A stretch of DNA of 63,790 nucleotides, filler included, from Aduncisulcus paluster (taxonomy: Eukaryota), in the NCBI GenBank assembly GCA_024181965.1. It is 12 parts of 12 records of this genome, joined end to end, with 100 filler letters (N's around TTAATTAATTAA, not from the genome) between each part and the next. Parts side by side here need not be neighbours in the genome. Positions count along the whole stretch, not along the records: positions 20,632 to 36,958 come from BQXS01011351.1; positions 37,059 to 43,668 come from BQXS01011352.1; 10 more parts are not named here. One strand, written 5' to 3'. The number at the start of each line of letters is the position of its first letter. The first letter of the stretch is position 1. Made by a program: the position numbers and the translations under genes. The notes below the pieces were generated by a model. That model was not told the origin of the DNA and did not search any database. It saw nothing but the letters and a program-made list of their open reading frames with translations. Shown piece after piece: positions 32,103 through 43,768 of this stretch.

Positions 32103-35100
32103 ATGAAAACAGGGATTATAAGAACAAATAATGTTAATATCCAAAAGAGTAGAGAAAATTCAAAACTTATATATATTTTCCCACAAGGAGAAATGAGATA
32201 TGACAAAAAGCAAAATTGTACTTTAATATTATTTAATCAGCTTCATTTTGAAGACTTATCAACAATAGACCTTGTTAAACGAATTAGTATTTCTGGAAGT
32301 GTCAACGAAAAAATTCGATCATCAACCAATGCCTCTGAAAATGAATATTATCTTCCTCGATTATTCTCTATTTCGAATTCACTCAAAAATACAAGAATCC
32401 CCCCTACAAAACGATGTATTTCACTTTCATATGCCGGAGCTTACCTTCCTGTAATTACGTTCTCATCTTTTATTCACCAAATGTTTCGGACATATCCTTT
32501 CCAGGCTTTTGCATTATTAACTGCTTTATCTATTCAATCAACAGCCACTATTTGTTGGATGAGTGGTTGTTTTTCTAATTTTGATCCCGATGGTGATCGA
32601 TGGATATCTCCCTCGTCTCTGCATGTCCGTCTGCCAAAAGAACTTGTTAACACTCTTCTTCAGTCCGATTTAACCCCAAAAGAAGCAACATATGCCATAT
32701 TGGATACATTTTTCTCAAAGGATGCTCGGCAAGTATATGATTCTCGTTGTCGGAAACCAATAGTTGTTTTTTTCCCATGTGCTGATTACATTCAGTTTTC
32801 CTTTGAAAATGAGGATAAATTGGAAGATGAGATCACATTAGAATATATCAAACAGTGGAAAACAGATCCCACTGCTTGCCTATATCTGCAACATTTGTCT
32901 AAGTCTTATGGTTCCACAGGTGAAATTATATGTAGATCTCATGAGGTCTCTGTTCCGATTAGTACATATCCTACTAACAAAGAAGAGGAAGAATCTTCTT
33001 CGGAGGAGGTTGAATCATTCCACCCTCTATCTAAATCACCCAAACATGCCCCTAAACGTGAGCAAAAAAGGTCCACATTATCAATCCCCTGCAGTTCTCG
33101 ACTGAAACACTCAGAATTTAAGACGATTATCGGCCATCATTCGAGGATTGAGGAACATTTACAATATGGAATTGGAGTGGTGTGTCAAGATGTGTATAAA
33201 GAGCATCAAATCGAAAAAGAGCATCATATGTGGATGAAAAGACAGAAAACAACAGGTAGAAGTGAAAATGTCTTTCAAACAATCAAGATAGATCGAGTTG
33301 TGAATGATTATTCACCCATTGAAAAAGATGTTGAAATAGAATCAAAGATTGACAATGAATCTTTTTTTGATTGTATTTCAACATCTACTCGCCCTCAAGA
33401 CACACATATTGCTATAGAACCCGATACATCCTCTTCTGTTTACAAGAAATTGTCTTCTCACCTAAAACATTCCCTACCATTGTCTTTCCCCTCTCTCTTT
33501 CCCCTCTCTCTTGCTGCACACACCAATCTGACCAATATTAAGTCTTATATCGCCTGTGTATATATGTGTATTATGTGTGGAAAGAATTTATTTCTGTGCT
33601 CTGAAGTTCACGATGAGGTTATATGCAATGAAAAGAAACATAAGGGTCTATTTTCTGTTCTAAAAACCTTTTTGAAGCGTGGACATCCATTTAATAGTGC
33701 CTTTATTAACGAGTGTAAATATATGATTCGAAATAAGATCCATATTCTCGACTATGTCAATTTTGAATCCCAATTGTCAAGATGTTTTGATTTATCGATC
33801 GAAGAAGAAGCTGAAGAAGCACGATTCAAGAGAGTTTCGAATATTCTCCAATCATTTCATCAATTCTTCTTTGTGAGCCGCCTTCCTTTCTTTTTATTCG
33901 ATAGTCGTCTCTCTCTTCATGGGACCTTATCGACACTCCACATGATATTTTCATTGGTATGCGTATCATATTATGCACCAAATCGGATATTCTTGAACGA
34001 AATCTTCATCAATGACATTTCATCATCTTTGAAATTACTATATGCTGGTTTATTCGCCTCAAAGGATTATTGTATTCAAATACTTCCATTTTCAAGTAGA
34101 TATTATAGAAAATTCATCATGAGCTCTCTAGATGATTCTGAAATATTAAAGAAAATCAAAAAAGCCAAAGAACCATCGGAAATAGAGAAGTTTTATGGGA
34201 ATCTTCTTGAAAATGTCTGGGGAACAAACGATGATCATGATATTGCAGTGAATAATAGTCATCAGAATGGCTCTAACTCGGTATCTTTCATGGTGACATC
34301 GACTATCAGAATTAACGATAGCATCCGTTCGAATTTTAGGAAAGATCTTGAAACAAAGGGATACATTGGTCCTAAAGTATCATTAACTCGTCCTTTTGAA
34401 TGTGATTCTGCCCGCTTTTATCTCACTATGCTCCTATTATCCTCCTCAGCCCTCCAACCTCTTACAAACTCTCATTCTACCGTGATTAGTGAAGCAGCAA
34501 AGGTACATCTCCGTGGATCCATATATCCATCATTGCTTTGGGACCATTCTTTCTTCTTCCAGTTTCCTCAAGGGATTCAAGGCTCTTCAAGGATGGTCTT
34601 CACAAATCATATCCCCTCTCTTCCTCTTGTTCGGGATATCTCTCTGGTTGAAAGTGGGTTTTCTAAGTGGAATATTCACCTAATGATTAATACTATCCAT
34701 ATTATCATCAACTGGTGTTCAAATGCCACACGTAGGGATTTACATTCCCATTTCGTAACCATCTCTAACATTTTTGCTTCTATCTCATCCATGATTCCTC
34801 CATTCTCCTCTTTCTCTTCCTTTTCTATCATTGGATTTATTTCCTCATATATTCATGTTTTATTTGCTTGTTTGAATCGTTATATCTGTGAATATCTACA
34901 CATTGGGATCTGTAAGCTAAAAGAGAAGGAAATGTTATCACTGGCTCATATCCTTCAAAAGGCATTCAATTCTATGTGGAATCTCATCAGAGAAGTCAAT
35001 TATCTCTTTATGAATGGAGACATTGAAGGAAATGAGGATCTATGCGATCAAATGAAACAATATCTGTCGTCCCTTTCCCATCCTCAAGCGATCAAGTTTT

Positions 35101-36938
35101 ATAAAACCTTGCTTTCTTGTCCCCTCTTAATATCTAATTCCATTTGTCAACTTTTCTCACACATTTCTCCTGGCGAAAAAAGGATGAGAAATGCCATGGA
35201 GCTTATTTATCATGGAATCATCAATTCATACACCCTTTTCCGTGATAAAATAGAAATATCCTTAATCTCACGGGGTTCTCAGTCACCTTCAGATGATTTC
35301 AAAAGTACTGATTCGTCAAGTTTGTTCGAACTTTGCGATGTTCAAGCCTCCTCAAAAGTGGATCAAAATGATTCGAATCCGATCAAAAAGATCACATTAG
35401 ATGATTTATTAAGCCAAAAAGATTCATTAGTTGAAGACTGGAAATTGTCTGATATTTCATCGTGTGTCGTGTCATCATTTTTTTCTTCACAAATTTTTCT
35501 TTTCTCAGTTTTATCCGAGAAGATCAGTGAAATACTAGGATTGTATGATGATCCAATTTCCAAGAAATCTCCCCATAGCATATTAAATGAGGCTTTAGTG
35601 AAGCTCAGAATGTGGGGAATTTGTATTGAAACAGTTACTTCACTCGCTATGGCTCTTTCTTCTCCCCTTCTCTCTCTCCTCTCTCCAATAGCTAAGTATA
35701 TTCTCCGTAATGACGCTGGAGATATGATAGGGTATGGTTCTATCCCAAAATCTTGGAAAACAGTTATTAAGGATCACAGGCATAGACTCTTTGAGAGGTT
35801 CGAATTTACAAATATGATGCCCTTCCTGTGTTGTTTTGGAAATTCTCCAACACTATGCTGCATCTCTTCAATTTGTAATACCATAAATATACTTTCGAAA
35901 TGTGGATTTATTGGGGAATATCTCGATAACTTTACAAGTTTTGTCATCAACTCATTCAAGGATATTTCTTCATTATTTCCAGTTTTATTATGTGAAAATG
36001 GTGAATTGATGTATGGAAATTCAATTAATCGATCATATGTTCAGAATAGTTTCCAAAAGCTATGTGATCTCGTGTTTCCGCAGGCCGAAGCAGATTCGAC
36101 TGCACAATCTCCCAGCAAACTAACTCAAATTCTCTGTAAATATGGCACTGAAACCCCATCTCCTACTAAACCAATTTCTCAAGGTGTTCTCGAGTCCCTC
36201 TGTGTATTTTCCAATGCCAAGATTCAAATTGATTCCATTGAGCAAAGAATGAGCAAAATGAGGATTAGTGCAATGACAAAGGTAAAAGAAGAATGGCTTC
36301 CATCCTTGCTCAGTCAACCTTCCATTCCTTCACTTTATTCTTCAGAAAGTTCAAGATATGGCTCGTCTTCCAGTTCTGACGGATCAATCTTGACTGATGT
36401 TGTAAAAGAATTCATGGAGGAAATTGTTCCATTTTCGTCCTCATCTATGGTTTCTTCTTTCCTCAAATCTCGTCTTCCCGATTTCGAGTTATCTCAACTA
36501 CTCACCCAAAAATATTCATCCGACATGCTTCAGAGAAGTGAAATGTCAGATCTTGGACCAACAGGTCTTGATTTTTCGATTGATGACACCAGGATGTTAA
36601 TGAGTGAATATTCACTTTCTGATACTGAAGCACATGAATATTTATTGCTCAAAAGGTTATTTAAAGGTTCGTTACGTTGTTTAACAATGGTGTGGGCATG
36701 GAAAAAGAATACGATTGTCACTCTTGTTTCTGTATATGGGAGTTTCCTGATTGCTTTCTCCAAAATGAATGGGATTCCAATTGATTCATCGACATGGAAG
36801 TTGATTGAAGAAGGATCGACATATGTGTTCCTATCTCTTACAATTTCAAATTGTTCCAACCATGTTGCTATAGCACTTCCACAAGAGAGTATCGACTTTC
36901 TCAAACTTATTGAAGATGAAAAGAGGCTCAGACAATAA
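32103..36938 (+). CDS. Large hypothetical protein (~1600 aa), start uncertain
   Basis: Uninterrupted 4.8-kb ORF; no family recognised. Confidence 0.8.
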   Translation: MKTGIIRTNNVNIQKSRENSKLIYIFPQGEMRYDKKQNCTLILFNQLHFEDLSTIDLVKRISISGSVNEKIRSSTNASENEYYLPRLFSISNSLKNTRIPPTKRCISLSYAGAYLPVITFSSFIHQMFRTYPFQAFALLTALSIQSTATICWMSGCFSNFDPDGDRWISPSSLHVRLPKELVNTLLQSDLTPKEATYAILDTFFSKDARQVYDSRCRKPIVVFFPCADYIQFSFENEDKLEDEITLEYIKQWKTDPTACLYLQHLSKSYGSTGEIICRSHEVSVPISTYPTNKEEEESSSEEVESFHPLSKSPKHAPKREQKRSTLSIPCSSRLKHSEFKTIIGHHSRIEEHLQYGIGVVCQDVYKEHQIEKEHHMWMKRQKTTGRSENVFQTIKIDRVVNDYSPIEKDVEIESKIDNESFFDCISTSTRPQDTHIAIEPDTSSSVYKKLSSHLKHSLPLSFPSLFPLSLAAHTNLTNIKSYIACVYMCIMCGKNLFLCSEVHDEVICNEKKHKGLFSVLKTFLKRGHPFNSAFINECKYMIRNKIHILDYVNFESQLSRCFDLSIEEEAEEARFKRVSNILQSFHQFFFVSRLPFFLFDSRLSLHGTLSTLHMIFSLVCVSYYAPNRIFLNEIFINDISSSLKLLYAGLFASKDYCIQILPFSSRYYRKFIMSSLDDSEILKKIKKAKEPSEIEKFYGNLLENVWGTNDDHDIAVNNSHQNGSNSVSFMVTSTIRINDSIRSNFRKDLETKGYIGPKVSLTRPFECDSARFYLTMLLLSSSALQPLTNSHSTVISEAAKVHLRGSIYPSLLWDHSFFFQFPQGIQGSSRMVFTNHIPSLPLVRDISLVESGFSKWNIHLMINTIHIIINWCSNATRRDLHSHFVTISNIFASISSMIPPFSSFSSFSIIGFISSYIHVLFACLNRYICEYLHIGICKLKEKEMLSLAHILQKAFNSMWNLIREVNYLFMNGDIEGNEDLCDQMKQYLSSLSHPQAIKFYKTLLSCPLLISNSICQLFSHISPGEKRMRNAMELIYHGIINSYTLFRDKIEISLISRGSQSPSDDFKSTDSSSLFELCDVQASSKVDQNDSNPIKKITLDDLLSQKDSLVEDWKLSDISSCVVSSFFSSQIFLFSVLSEKISEILGLYDDPISKKSPHSILNEALVKLRMWGICIETVTSLAMALSSPLLSLLSPIAKYILRNDAGDMIGYGSIPKSWKTVIKDHRHRLFERFEFTNMMPFLCCFGNSPTLCCISSICNTINILSKCGFIGEYLDNFTSFVINSFKDISSLFPVLLCENGELMYGNSINRSYVQNSFQKLCDLVFPQAEADSTAQSPSKLTQILCKYGTETPSPTKPISQGVLESLCVFSNAKIQIDSIEQRMSKMRISAMTKVKEEWLPSLLSQPSIPSLYSSESSRYGSSSSSDGSILTDVVKEFMEEIVPFSSSSMVSSFLKSRLPDFELSQLLTQKYSSDMLQRSEMSDLGPTGLDFSIDDTRMLMSEYSLSDTEAHEYLLLKRLFKGSLRCLTMVWAWKKNTIVTLVSVYGSFLIAFSKMNGIPIDSSTWKLIEEGSTYVFLSLTISNCSNHVAIALPQESIDFLKLIEDEKRLRQ

Positions 36939-37058
36939 AACAAAGGAATTAACCGAGANNNNNNNNNNNNNNNNNNNNNNNNNNNNNNNNNNNNNNNNNN
37001 NNTTAATTAATTAANNNNNNNNNNNNNNNNNNNNNNNNNNNNNNNNNNNNNNNNNNNN

Positions 37059-38286
37059 CAACGTAGTGGTGAACGAAGGCACGCTTCTGGTACATAAGAT
37101 CGAACTTGTGGTCCATACGAGACCAAACCTCGGCGATGGCGGTGGTGTTGCTGATCATAAGACAGCTTCTCTGAACCTTGGCAAGGTCACCTCCGGGGAC
37201 AACGGCGGGGGGTTGGTAGTTGATACCAATCTTGAAACCAGTAGGACACCAGTCAACGAATTGGATGGTACGCTTGGTCTTGATGGTGGCAACGGCGGTG
37301 TTAACATCCTTAGGAACGACATCACCACGGAACATAAGAACACAAGCCATGTACTTACCGTGACGGGGATCACACTTAACCATCATGTTAGCGGGCTCGA
37401 AAACAGAGTTGGTGAGCTCGGCAACAGAGAGTTGCTCGTGATAGGCCTTCTCAGCAGAGATGATAGGAGCGTAAGAGCAGAGAGGGAAGTGGATACGAGG
37501 GTAGGGAACCAAGTTGGTCTGGAACTCAGTAAGATCAACGTTCAAAGCACCATCGAATCTGAGGGAAGCAGTGATGGAGGAAACACACTGAGCAATAAGC
37601 CTGTTAAGGTTGGTGTAGGTGGGACGCTCAATGTCAAGGTTACGACGGCAGATGTCGTACATAGCCTCGTTATCAACCATGAAAGCACAGTCAGAGTTCT
37701 CAAGCATAGAGTGAGCAGAGAGAATGGTGTTGTAAGGCTCAACAACAGCAGTGGAAAGAACGGGAGAGGGGTAGACGGCGAACTCAAGCTTGGACTTCTT
37801 ACCGTAGTCGACAGTAAGACGCTCAAGAAGGAGGGAACCGAAACCGGAACCGGTACCACCACCGAAGGAGTGGAAGACAAGGAAACCTTGGAGACCAGTA
37901 CAGTTGTCAGCGAGCTTACGGATACGGTCGAGAACAAGGTCAACAATTTCCTTACCAATGGTGTAGTGACCACGAGCGTAGTTGTTGGCAGCATCTTCCT
38001 TACCGTTGACAAGTTGCTCAGGGTGGAAGAGTTGACGGTAGGCACCAGCACGGACCTCATCAATAACAGTGGGCTCAAGATCGACCATGACAGCACGGGG
38101 AACGTGCTTACCGGCACCAGTCTCAGAGAAGAAAGTGTTGAAAGCGTCGTCACCACCACCGATAGTCTTGTCAGAGGGCATCTGACCATCGGGTTGGATT
38201 CCGTGCTCCAAACAGTAGAGTTCCCAGCAAGCGTTACCGACTTGAACACCAGCCTGACCAATGTGGATTGAGATAACTTCACGCAT
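37059..38286 (-). CDS. TUBA: Alpha-tubulin (3'-truncated)
   Basis: [21 protein letters not shown]40 in MPSDKTIG; strong C-ending codon bias. Confidence 0.99.
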
Positions 38287-38717
38287 TTTTTAGAATTTTA
38301 CAATATAAAGATTGTGCAAAAAAAAAAAAAGTAAAATATTGAACAAATTCTATGTTTCTCAAAACTTTAAATAGTAACAAAGCATAAGACAATAATATCA
38401 TCGAGGATATCTTTTTCCCTGTAAAACAAGTACTACTTGTTAATCAAACTAGTAGTTAATTACTTTTTTGAAAAGAGGATGATCCTCCAAGTCTTGGAGT
38501 CCAAGATCCGATGTTGTGAGCCATATAATTAACTTGTATGAGGATAAATGATTCCGTACAAATGTTAAACATTAATACTTCTCGTTGTTTTCTGAATATA
38601 ACTCACTAAGCCTGTGACATTTTCAACTTGAAATTGTTGAACAAGAATCGAGTTTTTCTGGCCACTATCTCCCTTTTATTTTGTTTGAATTGAAGTAATT
38701 TTCTCATAATAAGTATT

Positions 38718-39374
38718 ATGTCAAGTATAATTGGTCAAAAAGCACCCCATTTCTGTTGTAGGGCTCTGATGCCTGATTTCAGTTTCAAGACGATTTCAAA
38801 CAGCGATTACAAAGGAAAATATCTCATTATCATGTTTTATCCTATGGATTATACTTTTGTCTGCCCTACTGAGATTATTCGTCATTCTGAAGCTGTAGAA
38901 CAATTCCGTAAAGAAGGTGCTGAAATTGTTGTTGTCAGTACTGATAGTGAGTATGCACACCTGTCCTGGGCTTCAACTCCCCGGATGAAAGGAGGGTTAG
39001 GTTCTTTGAAGATGCCTATGCTCTCCGACAAAAATTTAAGAATGAGCAAGGCTTTTGGGTGTTTATTGGAGGAAGAAGGAGTTGATCTTCGTGCAACTTA
39101 TATCATTAATCCCGATGAAGTGGTTGTTTCCGCCACAATTAACAATCTTCCCGTTGGAAGGAACGTTGACGAAACTCTGAGGTTACTTCAAGCTTTTCGA
39201 TATGTAGATACCCATCAAGGTGAAGCTATTCCATGTGGATGGACACCTGGAAGCCGTACAATCAAGACAGATCCGGTTGGAAAGCTTGAATGGTTTGCGG
39301 CTGAGGATAAGAGTTCAGATAAGAGAAGATATGGAAAGGATGAGATAAAATCTGATCGCCCAAAGAAATTATAA
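38718..39374 (+). CDS. Typical 2-Cys peroxiredoxin (Prx1/AhpC) with an IPC resolving motif
   Basis: FYPMDYTFVCPTE, GGLG, GRNVDETLRLLQAF, GEAIPCGW. Confidence 0.95.
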   Translation: MSSIIGQKAPHFCCRALMPDFSFKTISNSDYKGKYLIIMFYPMDYTFVCPTEIIRHSEAVEQFRKEGAEIVVVSTDSEYAHLSWASTPRMKGGLGSLKMPMLSDKNLRMSKAFGCLLEEEGVDLRATYIINPDEVVVSATINNLPVGRNVDETLRLLQAFRYVDTHQGEAIPCGWTPGSRTIKTDPVGKLEWFAAEDKSSDKRRYGKDEIKSDRPKKL

Positions 39375-39707
39375 TCATAACCCTTGGATAAATGTGACTG
39401 AAAAATAATACTCCGAGAATTATTTTCCTTCTGTATTGGCAATAATATCGATAAATATGTTTACTTGGCAATGATTCATAGATATTGTATTCTTTCAAAA
39501 TATAGATGAACAAATTTCGAATTTCTTTTCTCTCTTTAATATCCACATAAAAGTCTAAATGACTCTCTGTATCATATGCAAAATCTCTTATTATTGGCAC
39601 TCCCAAGCATACCTCCACGTATCCAAATACTTATGATAATAAATTATTATTATTAATAATAAATGTTTTAACTTAAAAGTTTTAAGCTTTTGTTAGTTCT
39701 TATGTTT

Positions 39708-41231
39708 TCACTCAATCAATGATCTTGAATCCCAAAACTCTGATTTTGGTATATCACGAATGCTTGACCGTCGTTCAATGTGAAAATCTTGCAAAGATTC
39801 AACAATATTTTGTTTCATTCCAGAATATGTTGTCTTGAACAAGGGGATTTCGTATGTTGTTCCACTTTCACCGAGTCTCTGAACAGACAAAGCTGGAGTT
39901 CGAATTGTTGCATCTTTGTATGAGAATACATCTTTCCTGTGTTTATCCACCATCTCCATTGGCATATCATCCATTCTGATGATTGAAGGACTCGATTGAG
40001 ACGGATGTGACGAGGGACTTTTTGGATATTGTTGTCCTGTTTGTTGTTCGGATGTTGGATCACTTATCCACACAATATCTCCACCGAGAACACCCTCGTC
40101 CCTTTCCATTTTCTGTCCATGGCCATCTGGAGTGGACTTTTCAACTGATTCAGTTTGTTGTGAAGTGCACAAACATATTCCTTTCACAACTCTAACATAC
40201 ATCTTTGACAAATCACTGACTTTTTGATTGAAAGCAGCCTGTTCTGCGTTCTTCCTCCTCATGATGGCATAGTGTTGTTTCCATAGAGTCAACCCAGTGT
40301 TAAGGGAACGGATTCTTTCAATACGACGGAGACGAGGAGCAACAATTTCGTTAAACATTTTCACACGAGCAGCAGTAATCGAATAAGCATTTCTCCAATA
40401 TGTAAAATAGAACTTTAGCATTGAAACTGCACGATTACGAACAATAATAGATTCCAATACATGAAAATGCTCACTATATCGACGCCAATTATCCAGACAG
40501 TGAGTCAAAAGACAATGATTGCTCACCTTATTAAGAATGGAAGCAACCGACTTCATTTGTGAAGTTTGATGATCAATTATATGTTTACAGTGTAATTTAA
40601 GCGATACTATAACCCTACTTTTCACCTTTTCATTCCACAATTGTCGAAATTTTTCCCTCTCTTCTAAATTTATCAGAATCTCTCTTTTAAATTGGACAAA
40701 ACAATATTTGCGCAATAAATTATGATTATAGTGAGTAATAGCCTGCTGATATCTCAGCTTTACACGTTGTCTGAGCTTCTCTTTCCTTTCTGCAATTTCT
40801 TGCTCATGTAATCTACGTAATCTGGCCTTTTCTTTAAGAGCAAATGTTAATTTCTTTTTCTCCTCTTCATCTTTTCGTTTTTCTTCTTCTAATACTTTCT
40901 TTCTTCTTTCTTCAGCAAGTTTTCGCCTTTCTTGCATGTTTTTACGCATTTGAGCATGGTCAATCTTGGATTTAAAACGAGAAGAGGAGGAAGGAGTTTT
41001 AGGGGCTGTTTGCCGAATTGGGGGGTTGGAATCTTCCTTTGGAATCTTATGCGAAGGTTGAGGAGTTGTTTCTTCCAATTCTTTATCATCAATATGAGGC
41101 AGTGCTTTCTTTGGAGTCGATAATCTCGACGGAGGTGGTATTCTTTTGGTGATACTTTGTGTTTTTTCCGTTTCAAGACATTCCATAAATGATGATAGGA
41201 TTGAAGACCTATCCCCACTTTTTAATGGCAT
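39708..41231 (-). CDS. CCDC191/Sfi1-repeat-like coiled-coil protein
   Basis: MQERRKLAEERRK coiled coil, AITHYNHNLLRKYCFVQFK, and periodic L...W repeats (LDNWRRY, FTYWRNA, LTLWKQH). Confidence 0.6.
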   Translation of the reverse strand: MPLKSGDRSSILSSFMECLETEKTQSITKRIPPPSRLSTPKKALPHIDDKELEETTPQPSHKIPKEDSNPPIRQTAPKTPSSSSRFKSKIDHAQMRKNMQERRKLAEERRKKVLEEEKRKDEEEKKKLTFALKEKARLRRLHEQEIAERKEKLRQRVKLRYQQAITHYNHNLLRKYCFVQFKREILINLEEREKFRQLWNEKVKSRVIVSLKLHCKHIIDHQTSQMKSVASILNKVSNHCLLTHCLDNWRRYSEHFHVLESIIVRNRAVSMLKFYFTYWRNAYSITAARVKMFNEIVAPRLRRIERIRSLNTGLTLWKQHYAIMRRKNAEQAAFNQKVSDLSKMYVRVVKGICLCTSQQTESVEKSTPDGHGQKMERDEGVLGGDIVWISDPTSEQQTGQQYPKSPSSHPSQSSPSIIRMDDMPMEMVDKHRKDVFSYKDATIRTPALSVQRLGESGTTYEIPLFKTTYSGMKQNIVESLQDFHIERRSSIRDIPKSEFWDSRSLIE

Positions 41232-41812
41232 TGTAGGTGTATTTTATGAATATTTATGATTTTGTAATAACGACAAAACTGTCTATTGCAATTTCCATCA
41301 TTGATAAGTTTTGTATGCGTGACAAAACAATATTTATCTGAATAATCCTTATCTAATACTTTCTATTTGTTATTTTGGTGGCTGAGATCACAAACTTTGT
41401 GGCAATTGAACTTCAATCCATTGAATGGCCGTTAGTTTGAAAAACTTTTTATATTAGACTAAAAAAAATGTCACGGAATGGAATAGATTCTGAATAGAGA
41501 TTACAACTTTGAATGCAATTCTTCTTCGCTCTTATAGATACATGGCATGGCCCAGCCGGCTGCGACAGATTTCTGCCATGTGTAAAAAGGGAATAAAAAT
41601 ATGGGATAAATTAATTCTTTGAAAAATATGCAAAAATAAAATAAAATAAATAATCATTCAAAACAATCTGAGATTCTGGCAAAACCCTGCCATTTTGCTA
41701 CCCCATTGTTAGAACGTATGTATTTCCAATATTTTTTCATAATTCGTCTTATTTTTTTATGATTTTATTGTGTTCTAATTGTCTATATTATTTCAACACA
41801 AGACATCAAGAA

Positions 41813-43668
41813 ATGGCCGAAGATTTCCCAACCCCTGTTAGTTCCGTTGTCCTCCTCTCCTGGGCCGATAAGATTGCTGCTGCTATGCCCTCTTTCCGTG
41901 CTCTTGCCACTGTCAAGGAGTTCTGTGAGTTCCTCCAAGCTGATAGCTCCATTGGTGTTACCCTTGCTCAATTAGTCGTTGTTCTCGAGCCTCTTAAGGA
42001 GATGAACAACATGCTCATCGATGCCCTCGAGCTTCTCCAACCCGCTTTCCTTCCCTCCTCCGGAAATGATATCGTTGTTCTTGTCAAGTTCTTGAAAGAG
42101 GCTCTTGATAATCCTCGGTTTGCTGTTGATGCTCTGAAGTTGATTGAGTGGGCCCGTTCTTCAAAGGCCTTTGATGAGGAACTCATTAAGCTCTGTTGTT
42201 CCGAGGACGATGGATCCATTGACACTGAAAGCCGCGAATACATATCCATCAAACGTACCCTCGATCTTCCCCTCTGTGTCCGTCAAATAGGTGTTAACAT
42301 CTTTGGTCCCACTGTTGAAGGAGACAACATTGTCTTCATTCTTGACAGAAGTGGAAGTATGGGTGCTAATGTCACATTGGATGGCACCACCAAGACTAGA
42401 TCTGGATGGGTGTCCGATTCCATGTGCCAAATGCTCCCAAGACTCAAAGAAGGTGCTAACTTTGGAATTGTTACTTTCGACACTGCTCTCCAGCACATGT
42501 CACCATCCCTTGTCACTGGTCCTGCGGCTATTGATGCCGGTATGGCCTTCTCCACTGGTCCCCATGTCGTTCCTCGTGCCGGTACCAATATTTCCATGGG
42601 TCTCGCCACTGTTCCTGCCTACGGTGCCGTTGATACCGTGTACTTGCTCTCTGATGGTGAGCCCTCTCATGGAATCACTGGTCCTTCTGCCATCGCTAGC
42701 TGGGTCAAAACTAATCTCCCCAACACTGTCATCCACACTACCAACTTCCTTGGAGGTGCTTCTGCCAACGCTTACCTCTCTGCCATTGCCAAGGCTTCTC
42801 GTGGTACTCACAAGAACATTACTCCTCAGAGCATTGAGGAGTTGAAGGTTAACGTCTTCAAGCCTGAACTGGTTGCTGAGCGTATTGCTGCCCAGATGCC
42901 TGGTCCTGACAGACGTGCTTTGTATGAATCTGGTGCCTCCGCTGGAGCTGGATTCATGGGAGCCATGGGTATGGGCGGTGGAATGATGGGAAGTATGATG
43001 GAAATGGCCAAGAAAGCCGTGGAACAAGAGTACGCCAATGCTGGACTCACTGTGAACAAGGACAAGGTCCAGGACATGAGCGCCCAGGGTGCTGCCATGG
43101 GTGGAATGGCCCAAGGAATGATGGGCGGTGCCATGGGTATGGGCGGTGGAATGATGGGAAGTATGATGGAAATGGCCAAGAAAGCCGTGGAACAAGAGTA
43201 CGCCAATGCTGGACTCACTGTGAACAAGGACAAGGTCCAGGACATGAGCGCCCAGGGTGCTGCCATGGGTGGAATGGCCCAAGGAATGATGGGCGGTGTC
43301 ATGGGTATGGGTGGCATGGGTGGAATGCCTGGAATGGGTGGAATGCCCGGAATGCCCGGAATGGGCGGAATGCCCGGAATGGGCGGAATGATGGGCATGG
43401 GTGGAATGCCTGGAATGTGTGGAATGGGTCAGCAACCTCAACAACAACAACAACAAGGTGGTATGATGGGAGGTATGATGGGAGGTATGATGGGAGGTAT
43501 GATGAAGAGTACGCCAATGCTGGACTCACTGTGAACAAGGACAAGGTCCAGGACATGAGCGCCCAGGGTGCTGCCATGGGTGGAATGGCCCAAGGAATGA
43601 TGGGCGGTGTCATGGGTATGGGTGGCATGGGTGGAATGCCTGGAATGGGTGGAATGGCGGAATGGGAT
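41813..43668 (+). CDS. VWA-domain protein with a repetitive Gly/Met-rich tail (3' end unresolved)
   Basis: IVFILDRSGSM MIDAS, GTNISMGL, VYLLSDGEP; 168-nt repeats and GGMPGM repeats; frame break near 43505 in repeat sequence next to the contig end. Confidence 0.88.
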
Positions 43669-43768
43669 NNNNNNNNNNNNNNNNNNNNNNNNNNNNNNNN
43701 NNNNNNNNNNNNTTAATTAATTAANNNNNNNNNNNNNNNNNNNNNNNNNNNNNNNNNNNNNNNNNNNN

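Noticed and set aside
37066-38282. Long antisense and alternate-frame ORFs over alpha-tubulin (likewise over the saposin and VWA genes)
   Set aside because: Expected by-product of strong codon bias in highly expressed genes.
38470-38600. Possible box C/D snoRNAs between tubulin and peroxiredoxin
   Set aside because: Only degenerate C boxes and one CTGA; no convincing terminal stem or identifiable rRNA guide.
41540-41581. GC-rich hairpin ACATGGCA...TGCCATGT with an internal CAGCCGGCTG palindrome (U6-like GCATGGCCC)
   Set aside because: Lacks the ACAGAGA box and the rest of U6; a single short hairpin can arise by chance.
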